Assembly (NCBI GenBank): GCA_049322915.1
Contig: JBMOPW010000035.1
Location: 64,001-128,000 of the forward strand
Direction: 5' to 3'
Length of the DNA stretch: 64,000 bases
Source of the DNA: Candidatus Zhuqueibacterota bacterium
GTDB lineage: Bacteria > Zhuqueibacterota > Zhuqueibacteria > Thermofontimicrobiales > Thermofontimicrobiaceae
The notes beneath the pieces were generated by a model. That model searched no databases. It had not been told where the DNA came from and saw only the letters and a program-made list of their open reading frames with translations. A program made the position numbers and the translations under genes. Every line of letters begins with the position of its first letter. Position 1 is the stretch's first letter. Shown piece by piece: positions 1-9,070 of the stretch.

Positions 1-4
1 GAAA

Positions 5-187
5 GTGTACGACCTGCTGGGGCGGGAAATAACATCACTGCTGGAAGGTGCGCTGCCGGCCGGCGCTCACCGCGTCATATTCGATGGACATAACCTATCG
101 AGCGGCATTTATTTATGTGCACTGAAAGTGAATAGCCGCGATGGTAACGCTTCCATGCAAATGAAGCGGATGATCTTAATGAAATAA
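5..187 (+). CDS. 3' end of a secreted protein with a T9SS-type/FlgD-like C-terminal sorting domain (gene begins before the window)
   Basis: Translation YDLLGREITSLLEG...LSSGIYLC...KRMILMK matches the typical C-terminal sorting domain pattern. Confidence 0.8.
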   Translation: MYDLLGREITSLLEGALPAGAHRVIFDGHNLSSGIYLCALKVNSRDGNASMQMKRMILMK

Positions 188-208
188 TAATTTTCTGCTG
201 CATGAGCT

Positions 209-247
209 AAAAAAGCCGGTATTCAATTGCGAATGCCGGCTTTTTTT
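209..247 (+). terminator. Intrinsic terminator, probably bidirectional
   Basis: AAAAAAGCCGGTATTC-aattgc-GAATGCCGGCTTTTTTT. Confidence 0.85.
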
Positions 248-499
248 GGTTCAACCGGCAATCTAACAGGAAGAATTTCATTGACCTCCTCTGTTTAACT
301 TCGCCATGGCAGTGAGACTGCATCACGTTCAATCTATGCGGTTAACTATCTGCGTCAAAAACGGATGCATGGTAAATGACTGGCCAGGCGTTGGAGAGTG
401 CACTGCGCGGAACGCGAAACGCTGCGCACCGGACGTCCCGACATTGTATGATTCCGAGGAGGCAACTTGATAATGTCTATTCATGTGGCTAAAACGAAG

Positions 500-540
500 A
501 AAGCCGCTACCTCGTGATTCAACCGAGATAGCGGCTTTTT
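500..540 (-). terminator. Intrinsic terminator downstream of the cytochrome c/b gene
   Basis: Inverted repeat AAAGCCGCTACCTCG...CGAGATAGCGGCTTT with A/T flanks. Confidence 0.7.
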
Positions 541-615
541 ATTATGTTGTTCAGGCGATTTCTTCAATGAATAAACATGTTTTTAAAACGATGCATTGCT
601 GCACCCGTTTTCCAA

Positions 616-2577
616 TCACTCTTTCTTCGTCAATTTTTCGTATTCCATTCCATGCTCCAGCTTAATCGTTTCTTCCGACATTTTGCCGGTGAAACAGGTG
701 GTGTTCATGGGATAGACATGGGGATCGAAGAACTGGTAATAGAAATGCCAGACAATGATAGCAACCGTGGCCAGAATGGCTTCATAATAATGAGCGACGG
801 TGCTGACATCCGAGACCAATTTCGGGAAATACTTCAACGAGATATTTTCAAACCACAAAATGAAGCCGGTCACGCTCATCACAATGGTGCCCCAGATGAG
901 CGCCCAGTACTCCGCTTTTTCGATGTAGTTATAATACGCGAACTTCGGGCGATCTTTCCGCAGACCCAGATTGTACTGAACATTTTGAATCACATCGAAC
1001 AGATCCTTCAATTTGGGCAGCATTTCCGTAATATGCCGTTTGCCGCGTTTTGTGGTAATGACATAGAACACGTGATAGAACGCGAGCAGCACCATCAATC
1101 CGCCAGCCAGCCGATGCAGATATCCTCGCATGGCAAACCCGCCGTCCCAGCGGGTGAATGGCGCAGCCCACCACGCTTCAGGAAATTTCAGGGCAAAACC
1201 GGTGATCACCAGGGTGATGAATGTGCCCATCAAAATGAAATGCTGGATTCGTTCGTTCAGGGACAACCGCACCATGGTAATTCCGTGCGATAATTCCTCA
1301 AAACTGTGATCCTCCACCCCTTTGATTTTCGCCTTGAATTTATGGATGAAATCGATGAGATTGTGCATGAACATGCCGCCAATGGTACCCACGATGAGGA
1401 ATATATAAAATGTGGTCACATAATAGATTGTCTTCTGCGACGTGGACGATCCTTTGATATGAATCGACCCAATCGCAACCATGTCGCTCACGCCTGGATG
1501 GCAGCTACCGCATGTTTGCTGCAGATTGGCTTTATTAACGGATGACTTGGGGTCGCTGGAGTGCAGTATTTTATGAACACCATGGCAACTGGCGCAGTTC
1601 GCTGTGACGACTGACCCGGCGCGATTTGCCAGTCCATGATAGCTGTCGTTATAACTATCCACTGCTTCTTTTTTTAGTCCGTACTTGGTGACGATCTGTT
1701 CTGCTTCATGACATCTCGGACAGGTTGTCTTTGAAATGACGGTTGAAAAGACCGTCGATTTCGGGTCGGTATGGGATTTAATATCATGTTCGGTATGGCA
1801 ATCGGTACATACCGGTGAATCCGTTGCGCCCGCCAACAATCCCTTGCCATGCACGCCAGCCATATATTCATCGAAAATTCCCTGGTGGCATTGCGCACAT
1901 GTCCTGGGAATATTGAACTTATTTGTCAGAGAAACCGGATTGCTGGAAGGCTGTAAATTGTGAGCGCCGTGACAATCGCTACATTTGGCTGCCTGCATAT
2001 TTCCTTCCTCAAGCGCAGAGCGGTAATGGATGCTCGTTTTATACGCCGCTGCCGGCTCTGAAATCGGAATATTGAACTTTTTCACAATGTTGGGATCAGA
2101 ATGACATTCACCGCAGATTTCGGGTTGATTCAGAACGAACATTGTTGACAGCGAGTCATCGATGGGGAACACGTAATGGGAGGTGTGGCAACTCCAGCAC
2201 TCAGGCGCCTCGAGATTGCCTTTGGCCAGGCTCTTCCCGTGAACGCTGGCCATATACTCCTGAGTCACATCGTCGTGGCAATTCCCGCAGTTCGGTTTTT
2301 CAAGTTTTTCGTCATGCGGAAGTTCGGTGATGGCGCTGTGACAATCGACGCAGGAAAGTCCGGCATGAACTGAATTGGAAAATTTTTCGAAATGGACAAA
2401 GAGGCTATCCTCCTTCCCATCTTCGTTCAGCCGGGTCAATGCCTTGTCGCTGTGGCATTCCATGCAGTCTTCGCTTGAAATATCCTGGCTCGCTCCAATT
2501 CCGGGAAATAGCAATACCATGGAAATTATGAAAGTCAGATAAACCGAAACCAACTTGCCTGTCATACTGTTCCTCAT
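616..2577 (-). CDS. Multiheme (11 CXXCH) cytochrome c fused to a C-terminal cytochrome b/FdnI-like membrane domain (CbcL-like)
   Basis: Signal peptide, 11 CXXCH motifs counted, then TM helices with ERIQH, LHR, EKAEYWAL and AHYYEA motifs. Confidence 0.9.
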   Translation of the reverse strand: MRNSMTGKLVSVYLTFIISMVLLFPGIGASQDISSEDCMECHSDKALTRLNEDGKEDSLFVHFEKFSNSVHAGLSCVDCHSAITELPHDEKLEKPNCGNCHDDVTQEYMASVHGKSLAKGNLEAPECWSCHTSHYVFPIDDSLSTMFVLNQPEICGECHSDPNIVKKFNIPISEPAAAYKTSIHYRSALEEGNMQAAKCSDCHGAHNLQPSSNPVSLTNKFNIPRTCAQCHQGIFDEYMAGVHGKGLLAGATDSPVCTDCHTEHDIKSHTDPKSTVFSTVISKTTCPRCHEAEQIVTKYGLKKEAVDSYNDSYHGLANRAGSVVTANCASCHGVHKILHSSDPKSSVNKANLQQTCGSCHPGVSDMVAIGSIHIKGSSTSQKTIYYVTTFYIFLIVGTIGGMFMHNLIDFIHKFKAKIKGVEDHSFEELSHGITMVRLSLNERIQHFILMGTFITLVITGFALKFPEAWWAAPFTRWDGGFAMRGYLHRLAGGLMVLLAFYHVFYVITTKRGKRHITEMLPKLKDLFDVIQNVQYNLGLRKDRPKFAYYNYIEKAEYWALIWGTIVMSVTGFILWFENISLKYFPKLVSDVSTVAHYYEAILATVAIIVWHFYYQFFDPHVYPMNTTCFTGKMSEETIKLEHGMEYEKLTKKE

Positions 2578-2624
2578 TTATGGATGATGTGATGATTTTA
2601 CAAATGAATGTAGCAACTGTGCAT

Positions 2625-2640
2625 TGCAATTATCTTGCCA
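2625..2640 (-). promoter_or_regulatory. Sigma-54 promoter (-24/-12) of the cytochrome c/b gene
   Basis: Minus strand TGGCAAGATAATTGCA = GG-N10-GC, 48 bp upstream of the start codon. Confidence 0.8.
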
Positions 2641-2763
2641 CCCAAAACTCGCCTTAATAAAATCAATTAAATAAGAGAATTCAATGCCCGTCACTTTGTT
2701 TCAGTGAATTGTTTTTTTCAGGTCGGGTACTTTTATCTGTTTATTTTTATTTGCGTAAAACAG

Positions 2764-2782
2764 GCGAAACAAATCGTTTCGC
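2764..2782. promoter_or_regulatory. Putative enhancer (bEBP binding site)
   Basis: Palindrome GCGAAAC-N5-GTTTCGC about 125 bp upstream of the sigma-54 promoter; the motif recurs at 4687-4705. Confidence 0.55.
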
Positions 2783-3134
2783 AGATCATGATACCCCAAC
2801 CCGGCTCTCGTTGTTAAATCCATTTAGTTTCTGTTATTTTGAATGTTAAATCAAATCTTCCCCTTATTTTTTTCTCACAGCGCCGACTCATAATTCTAAA
2901 ATTTTTATTGAATCTTTGATTTGAAACAACTATATTAGAACACTTTGTTTCACAGAAAAGCCGGCCGAACGAGTGGATCCAGGATTGTCAATTGATCCCG
3001 GCCAAAAATCAAGCAACGACCGATAGTTCAGATTGACATCATGCTTTTTCACTGAGCGCTAACGGACCAATGAATCGATACTTCTCTTTCGCGTCCAAAC
3101 TGGTATGGGAATTGAACGAAACTGGTAACTGAAT

Positions 3135-4460
3135 ATGGAACTGAATCCATCCCTGACAAACGATATATTAGACTCAATTGGCGAAGGATTGTTCACAGTA
3201 AATAAGGATTTTAAGATTAATTATTTTAATCGGGCTGCCGAGCGAATTACAGGTCTGAAACGCAAGGACGTCTACGGCAAATTTTGCAAACATATTTTTA
3301 AGTCAAATCGATGCTTCATCAAATGCCCGATCGCCCATGTTTTGGAGACAGGGAAAAACATCTATGACCTGGAATCGAAGATCAGAAACGTCAATGGCAA
3401 TTTCATCCCGATCAAAATGAACGTCTCCATTCTGCGCAACAACGAAAATGAGCCGGTGGGCGGCGTGATTTCCTTTCGCGATATATCCGAGTTGGAGATA
3501 TTGCGTGATAAGCACATCAAAAAGAACCTGTTTTATGGCATCATCGGCCACACCAAAGTGATGCAGGAAATCTTCGAATTGATCGAGGAGATTTCCGATT
3601 CGGATGCCACTGTGCTCATTCAGGGTGAATCCGGCACAGGTAAGGAAATGGTTGCCAACGCCGTACAGGCCACAAGTCTGCGCAAAGATCAGCCGTTTGT
3701 CAAAGTGAACTGTTCGGTTTTCACGCCGCAACTTCTGGCCAGCGAGTTGTTTGGTCACGTGAAGGGCGCGTTCACCGGAGCAATAAAAGAGCGACCGGGT
3801 CGATTTGAAATTGCGGACGGTGGGACCATATTCCTGGATGAGGTCGGCGAAATGCCTCTGCAAATGCAGTTGCAGCTGTTACGGGTGCTGCAGGAAGGCA
3901 CCTTCGAGCGGGTTGGCGAATCGGAGACGCGCCGCGTTGACATTCGGGTGATTGCCGCGACGAATAAAAATATCAAAGCATCCATCGCAGATGGGCATTT
4001 TCGGGAGGATTTGTACTATCGGCTCAACGTGATTCCCATTGAAATTCCTCCGATCAAAAAGCGCCCGGAAGACATCCCGCACCTGATAAAACATTTTTTG
4101 AAAAAATTTTCATTGATCTATAATAAAAACATACACGACATCGATGATACTGCGCTCGAATTACTCACCCATTATCCCTGGCCGGGCAATGTCCGCGAAT
4201 TGGAAAATGCCCTGGAGTACGCGTTTGTGCGGACGAAAGATAAAAAGATTATCGAAGCGATTAAATTGCCGCCGAATGTTCGGGAGCACGCTGACTTATC
4301 GTTGAATCAACCAGGCGCGTGTGAAATCGATAGCGAGTCTTCTCACATCATGCACTTACTGGAAAAATATCAATGGAATAAAACGAAAGTCGCCAAAGAA
4401 CTTGGCATTGGTCGCAGCACGCTCTGGCGCAAAATGAAATCCTTCACTGAGAAGGCCTGA
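3135..4460 (+). CDS. PAS-domain sigma-54-dependent transcriptional activator with C-X8-C-X3-C motif (OrpR-like)
   Basis: PAS N-terminus containing CKHIFKSNRCFIKC, GESGTGKE Walker A, GAFTGA loop, C-terminal HTH. Confidence 0.9.
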   Translation: MELNPSLTNDILDSIGEGLFTVNKDFKINYFNRAAERITGLKRKDVYGKFCKHIFKSNRCFIKCPIAHVLETGKNIYDLESKIRNVNGNFIPIKMNVSILRNNENEPVGGVISFRDISELEILRDKHIKKNLFYGIIGHTKVMQEIFELIEEISDSDATVLIQGESGTGKEMVANAVQATSLRKDQPFVKVNCSVFTPQLLASELFGHVKGAFTGAIKERPGRFEIADGGTIFLDEVGEMPLQMQLQLLRVLQEGTFERVGESETRRVDIRVIAATNKNIKASIADGHFREDLYYRLNVIPIEIPPIKKRPEDIPHLIKHFLKKFSLIYNKNIHDIDDTALELLTHYPWPGNVRELENALEYAFVRTKDKKIIEAIKLPPNVREHADLSLNQPGACEIDSESSHIMHLLEKYQWNKTKVAKELGIGRSTLWRKMKSFTEKA

Positions 4461-4686
4461 GTGAATCGGGGCGCTGCCATCCGCCCTGTCGAACCATTTG
4501 AAATCACGCTACCAGTGAATCATCAGTTCGGCCATTGCTCAATGAAATAGCCGTCGAATACTGTCATGGAGAAATTGTGTTGAAGAAAGTTGAGCGCAGT
4601 TGCTTGACGCCATCAGCAGCAGCGAGAGGGCAGATTTGGAGTGCAGTTTCAGGATCAACTATCATCGTGGCTGTGTTTCGTTTCAA

Positions 4687-4705
4687 GCGAAACACTTTGT
4701 TTCAC
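4687..4705. promoter_or_regulatory. Putative enhancer (bEBP binding site)
   Basis: GCGAAAC-ACTTT-GTTTCAC; the 16-mer AACACTTTGTTTCACA also occurs at 2939-2954. Confidence 0.55.
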
Positions 4706-4828
4706 AAAGGATATATCTATTAATTTCAAACAACTATCATCTCGTTTTTTCTTACAGTCAGATAATTGAAACACTCTGCCCGGCGCCGAATAAGAAAATC
4801 TGGCATGTTTTTATTGAAGTTATTCTGA

Positions 4829-4844
4829 TGGCATGAAATTTGAT
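4829..4844 (+). promoter_or_regulatory. Sigma-54-like promoter with variant -12 element (TTGA)
   Basis: TGGCATGAAATTTGAT = GG-N10-GA, followed by RBS GAGGGA and ATG at 4869. Confidence 0.55.
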
Positions 4845-4868
4845 GTAGCTCCGCTATTTGAGGGAACT

Positions 4869-5318
4869 ATGTCTGAAATGTTAGGAAATCAATATTTTTT
4901 AACGCGCAAATACGCGCTTGCCGCTCGGGAACTCGAATCGGCTCTGGTGAAAGATCCGCGAAGTAAAGTCATTCGACGGAAGCTCATCATTTGTTTTATC
5001 CAGACCGGCAACATTGACAAGGCGGAAGAACTGTTTCTGGACCTCGTCCAACAGGACGTATCGTTCATCATTGAATCAGATCCTATCATCGATGACTGTC
5101 CCTGTCCGGAACTGGTAAACGATGTCGAGGCGCAGATAGCCGGCGAGAAAAACTCGCCTTCGTACATGTTGAAGTTGGGCATGCTCTGGTTGTATTGTGA
5201 CATTAGAAAATCGATTCACTATTTCACGAGTTTGCAAAAAATTGAACCGAACAATCAAATGGTAAAAATTGTGCTATTCCATCTCAAGTCATTTTTGTTG
5301 AGCAAAGAGGTATTGTAG
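4869..5318 (+). CDS. TPR-like protein with a CPC motif
   Basis: Helical repeat pattern and DDCPCPEL; start moved from 4833 to the RBS-preceded ATG at 4869. Confidence 0.65.
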   Translation: MSEMLGNQYFLTRKYALAARELESALVKDPRSKVIRRKLIICFIQTGNIDKAEELFLDLVQQDVSFIIESDPIIDDCPCPELVNDVEAQIAGEKNSPSYMLKLGMLWLYCDIRKSIHYFTSLQKIEPNNQMVKIVLFHLKSFLLSKEVL

Positions 5319-5407
5319 CACTTTGGCGTAAGTAAGAAACACTGGAAATAATCACTGTATTTTAATCCGTCGTTACATGTCATTAAATTGTTAGCAGAGA
5401 GGAACAA

Positions 5408-6733
5408 ATGAAAGTAAAACTTTTTACCATTTGTAGTCTGTTGCTACTCTCCATGATTCTTATTTTTACCTGGGGATGTACTGATAAATACAAACCCGCT
5501 CCCAGCGTTTTCTCCTCTGTGGAAGAATCAAGTTGTACGCACTGTCACCTTGATGCAACTCTACTGAAACAAGTGGCCACGCCAATTCCCCCGGATGAAG
5601 GCGAATCAGGCGAGGGTTGAGGCGGCGCTGTGTCTCAGTTAGAGGCATGGGAAATGGTACTTGTTGATAACAGTTTTCTGAATACAAAACACGGCAGCTT
5701 CGGATGCACGTCATGTCACAAGGGTAATAAAGACGCGTACGACAAAGAGACCGCTCACGTCAGCCTGGTCGCTGCGCCGAGCGAAAATGATGCCACGTAC
5801 TGCTCCGGTTGCCATGAGGATATTGTGGCTCATTATGCATCCTCCCTTCACAAGACACAAAAAGGGTACTTCAAGCGAATCGAAAATCGATTGGGGTACA
5901 GCATAGAAAGTGACGCGGGCATAATGGAGAAATATGATGAGGAATGCGGGAAATGCCATGTCAGTTGTGGGCAATGCCACATCTCCCGACCGGTTTCAGT
6001 AAAAGGCGGATTCATCGCCGGGCACAATTTTGGCGCGCCGACGCGGGATAACAATTGCGTGGCATGTCACGGCAGCCGCGTTGGGGCAGAATACCTCGGA
6101 CAAAACGAAAACTATGCGGCTGATGTCCACCGCTACAAACCAGGCGGCAGCAATTGCACCATGTGCCACACCGGCATGGAAATGCACGGGACCGGCGAGG
6201 AATTCGACTACCGTTACCTGAATACGGATATGCCGCGCTGTGAAAATTGTCATGCAGATGTCGACACAATTAATTTCTACCATCAAAAGCATGTGTCCAG
6301 CACCACGATACCGACGCTCTCCTGTCAGGTATGCCATTCACAGGATTATAAAAACTGCAATAGCTGCCACACCGGCGGCGCCGGCATTACCGGGGATTCC
6401 TATTTCAAATTCAAGATTGCCAAGAATAAATTCAATCTCGAATCTGCAAACCGTACCTATGATTACGTGGCAGTCCGGCACATTCCGATTGCGCCGGACA
6501 CATACGCAAGTTGGGGAATAACTGATTTACCAAATTACAACACTGAACCTACGTGGAAATATGCAACGCCGCACAACATTCAACGCTGGACCGCTCGGAC
6601 AGATACGACGGGTAGCACCCGATGCTCGAGCAAATGCCATAATTCGACGACCTATTATTTAACTTCAGCCGACTTATTCGACTATGAAGTCGAAGCAAAT
6701 AAAGATATTATTATGGACGACAAACTCAAATAG
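5408..6733 (+). CDS. Probable selenocysteine-containing multiheme cytochrome c lipoprotein (441 aa, Sec71, 10 CXXCH + 1 CX3CH)
   Basis: ORFs 5408-5620 and 5630-6733 are in frame across TGA 5618-5620 (...ESGEG-U-GGAVSQLEAWE...). Only the first part has a lipoprotein signal (TWGC). A SECIS-like hairpin follows the TGA. Confidence 0.8.
5630..5648 (+). promoter_or_regulatory. Bacterial SECIS-like hairpin
   Basis: GUGUCUC-AGUUA-GAGGCAU; the loop starts 16 nt after the UGA and has G at loop position 2. Confidence 0.7.
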
Positions 6734-6778
6734 AAACACTTAATTCATTTCAAATCATTTAATTTAGGAGGTACAGAG

Positions 6779-7783
6779 ATGTACAAGAAAATTCCTGTTC
6801 TGTTCTTGATTTTATCATTAGCTTTGTTCATGGTAGTTGGTTGCGATGACGACGAAACCACGGAACCTGAAGAAATTAATGAGTTCGAACTGTTAACGGA
6901 AGTCGGTGATGTTTACGTTGCTAATTACACAACCCAGGGTGGGTTGGGCGTCAACACGACCATCACTGCTGTATTCGACAACCTGACAGACGGCAATACC
7001 GCCAATGATCCGTATATCATTGACTACCGCTCCGCTGCGGATTACGCGATTGTTCATATTAAAGGCGCCCATTCAATGGCCATGACCGATCTGGTCGCGA
7101 AACTTGATGATGGCACCATTCCCAAAGATAAAACCATTTTGAACGTTTGCTACACCGGTCAAACGGCAAGCTCCGCCACTGCATTTTTGAACCTGTTAGG
7201 ATACGAAGCACAGAACCTGTCTTACGGCATGTGCTCGGTCGATACATCCTTCAGTAACACCAAACAGTGGAAAAACGCTGTGAAAACTGACGAACATGCC
7301 GGCGATGTTGTCTCTACAGCTTCCACCACCACGACAACACACGATTTCCCGACGCTGTCCACAGGTGGAACCACCGCCGAAGAAATCTTCAAAGCACGTT
7401 TCAATGAAGTGATTGCCGCAAGCTGGCCCAAAATTGATGCCAACTTAGTGTGGGATAATCCAGGCAACTACTTCATCGTCAATTACTGGCCGGCCGCCGA
7501 ATATACCAATCCAGGCCATATTCCCGGCGCTTACCAGTTCTCACCAAATACAACGCTGCTCAGCACAGCGCAGTTAAACCTGTTGCCGACGGATAAAACC
7601 ATTGTGGTTTACTGCTACACTGGTCAGACATCGGCTCAGATTTGTACCTATCTGACCATGCTGGGCTACGATGCAAAGAGCTTGCTGTACGGATTCAATG
7701 GTTTCGCTCATGGAATTATGACGAAAAACAAGTATGCCGGTTCAGCAGCACCTGGAACATACGATGCTATTTTAGAAAAATAA
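6779..7783 (+). CDS. Tandem rhodanese-domain (sulfurtransferase) lipoprotein
   Basis: Lipobox VVGC; two rhodanese domains with HIKGA/HIPGA and active-site loops VCYTGQTA and YCYTGQTS. Confidence 0.9.
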   Translation: MYKKIPVLFLILSLALFMVVGCDDDETTEPEEINEFELLTEVGDVYVANYTTQGGLGVNTTITAVFDNLTDGNTANDPYIIDYRSAADYAIVHIKGAHSMAMTDLVAKLDDGTIPKDKTILNVCYTGQTASSATAFLNLLGYEAQNLSYGMCSVDTSFSNTKQWKNAVKTDEHAGDVVSTASTTTTTHDFPTLSTGGTTAEEIFKARFNEVIAASWPKIDANLVWDNPGNYFIVNYWPAAEYTNPGHIPGAYQFSPNTTLLSTAQLNLLPTDKTIVVYCYTGQTSAQICTYLTMLGYDAKSLLYGFNGFAHGIMTKNKYAGSAAPGTYDAILEK

Positions 7784-7796
7784 CTTAACGAGAACG

Positions 7797-7835
7797 AGCG
7801 GCATTCTTTCACAGTGGAAGAATGCCGCTTTCATT
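7797..7835 (+). terminator. Intra-operon stem-loop/terminator between rhodanese and porin
   Basis: AGCGGCATTCTT...AAGAATGCCGCT followed by TTCATTTATT. Confidence 0.7.
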
Positions 7836-7864
7836 TATTAAAACTTAAGCTGAGTAAACGAGCT

Positions 7865-9058
7865 ATGATACCAAAAATAAGAATAGGTCTTCTCAGTCTA
7901 TTGATGGTCTCTTTGAGTGTTGGCTATGTGTACGGGATCGATTTTCACGGCAAAACGTCCAACACCGTTTATAGCTATGAAGATACAACTCAACATACTC
8001 GCCTGTTTCAATTCATTCGCTTTAGCCTGGAATCACCCAAATTGAGCAACCTCTCTCTGAATACATCTCTCAGAGCTTTAACCGATCTCAACGAAACACT
8101 GGAAGACGAACAGCGATTCAAAGCTTACGCGCTCAATTTGCAGTACAAAAATCTGTTCAACCGAGTCGATCTCGTCCTCGGGCGCCAGTTTCTCCACCCG
8201 GGCGCCGCACTTGGAGGATTGGACGGTCTGTACACCAAAGTCAAAATTTCGAACCGAATGAATATCTCGGCGTACGCTGGCGCAGAAGCCCACTTCAACA
8301 GCAGCCTCAAAATTTACAAATCAGAGGACAGTTTTGTCGCCGGCGGCTTATTCGAAATGAATCGGTTCTTCTCCACAGGGACGCAATTGTTTTACCTGCA
8401 AAAATCCAATGAAGACGGATTGTTCTGGCAACTCGCCGGACTGAACCTGACCAATAGCTCGTTGCCCCGGACCAATGTCCGGTTGCAAGCGCACTTCGAT
8501 CTTCAAACATCCGCTTTTCACAGGTTGATGTTCTCGGCTAAACATGATGTGAATGATAAAATTTCACTCAATGCCGGCTTTAAAAATCAAATGCCGCAAA
8601 TCTACGCCAACTCCTTTTTCACACTATTTGATGTCGACGGTTACACCCAATTCAATGCTGGCTGCACCTACAAAATGGTTCAGAATCTCTTTCTGAGCGG
8701 GCAGTACCAACTCGTCCAGTTCGACCAGGAGTCGGCCAACCGCATTTTTTTCACCGTCAATAATCTGAACGGCAGCATTGGCGTCATTTATGAGACAGGA
8801 TACGCCGGCGAACAATTGGGGCTCATTCTCGACTATGCCCATTCCATCACACCTGCGTTGTTAGCGTCGATCAACATTGATTATTCCCGGTATAAAACAG
8901 AAAAAGTGTTCGAATACGAAAATCAGATCGCCAATGCGGTACGATTATCCTATCGTTTTCAACGTCACTGGTCCATCGATCTAGAGTATCAATGGTTGAC
9001 AAACCGTTTTAAAGAACAGGATTCACGAATTTTAAATCATGTCCACTTTAGTTGGTAA
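7865..9058 (+). CDS. Outer-membrane beta-barrel (porin of a porin-cytochrome complex)
   Basis: Signal peptide from ATG 7865, alternating beta-strand pattern, C-terminal aromatic residue (HVHFSW), directly upstream of multiheme genes. Confidence 0.75.
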   Translation: MIPKIRIGLLSLLMVSLSVGYVYGIDFHGKTSNTVYSYEDTTQHTRLFQFIRFSLESPKLSNLSLNTSLRALTDLNETLEDEQRFKAYALNLQYKNLFNRVDLVLGRQFLHPGAALGGLDGLYTKVKISNRMNISAYAGAEAHFNSSLKIYKSEDSFVAGGLFEMNRFFSTGTQLFYLQKSNEDGLFWQLAGLNLTNSSLPRTNVRLQAHFDLQTSAFHRLMFSAKHDVNDKISLNAGFKNQMPQIYANSFFTLFDVDGYTQFNAGCTYKMVQNLFLSGQYQLVQFDQESANRIFFTVNNLNGSIGVIYETGYAGEQLGLILDYAHSITPALLASINIDYSRYKTEKVFEYENQIANAVRLSYRFQRHWSIDLEYQWLTNRFKEQDSRILNHVHFSW

Positions 9059-9070
9059 GGGATAATAATC

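Noticed and set aside
577..1293. 238-aa plus-strand ORF and many similar antisense ORFs (e.g. 47436-48707, 55245-56087, 19113-19916)
   Set aside because: They are shadows of well-supported genes on the opposite strand and have no recognisable motifs.
4801..4817. TGGCATGTTTTTATTGA as a sigma-54 promoter
   Set aside because: The -24/-12 spacing is off by two; the site at 4829 fits better.
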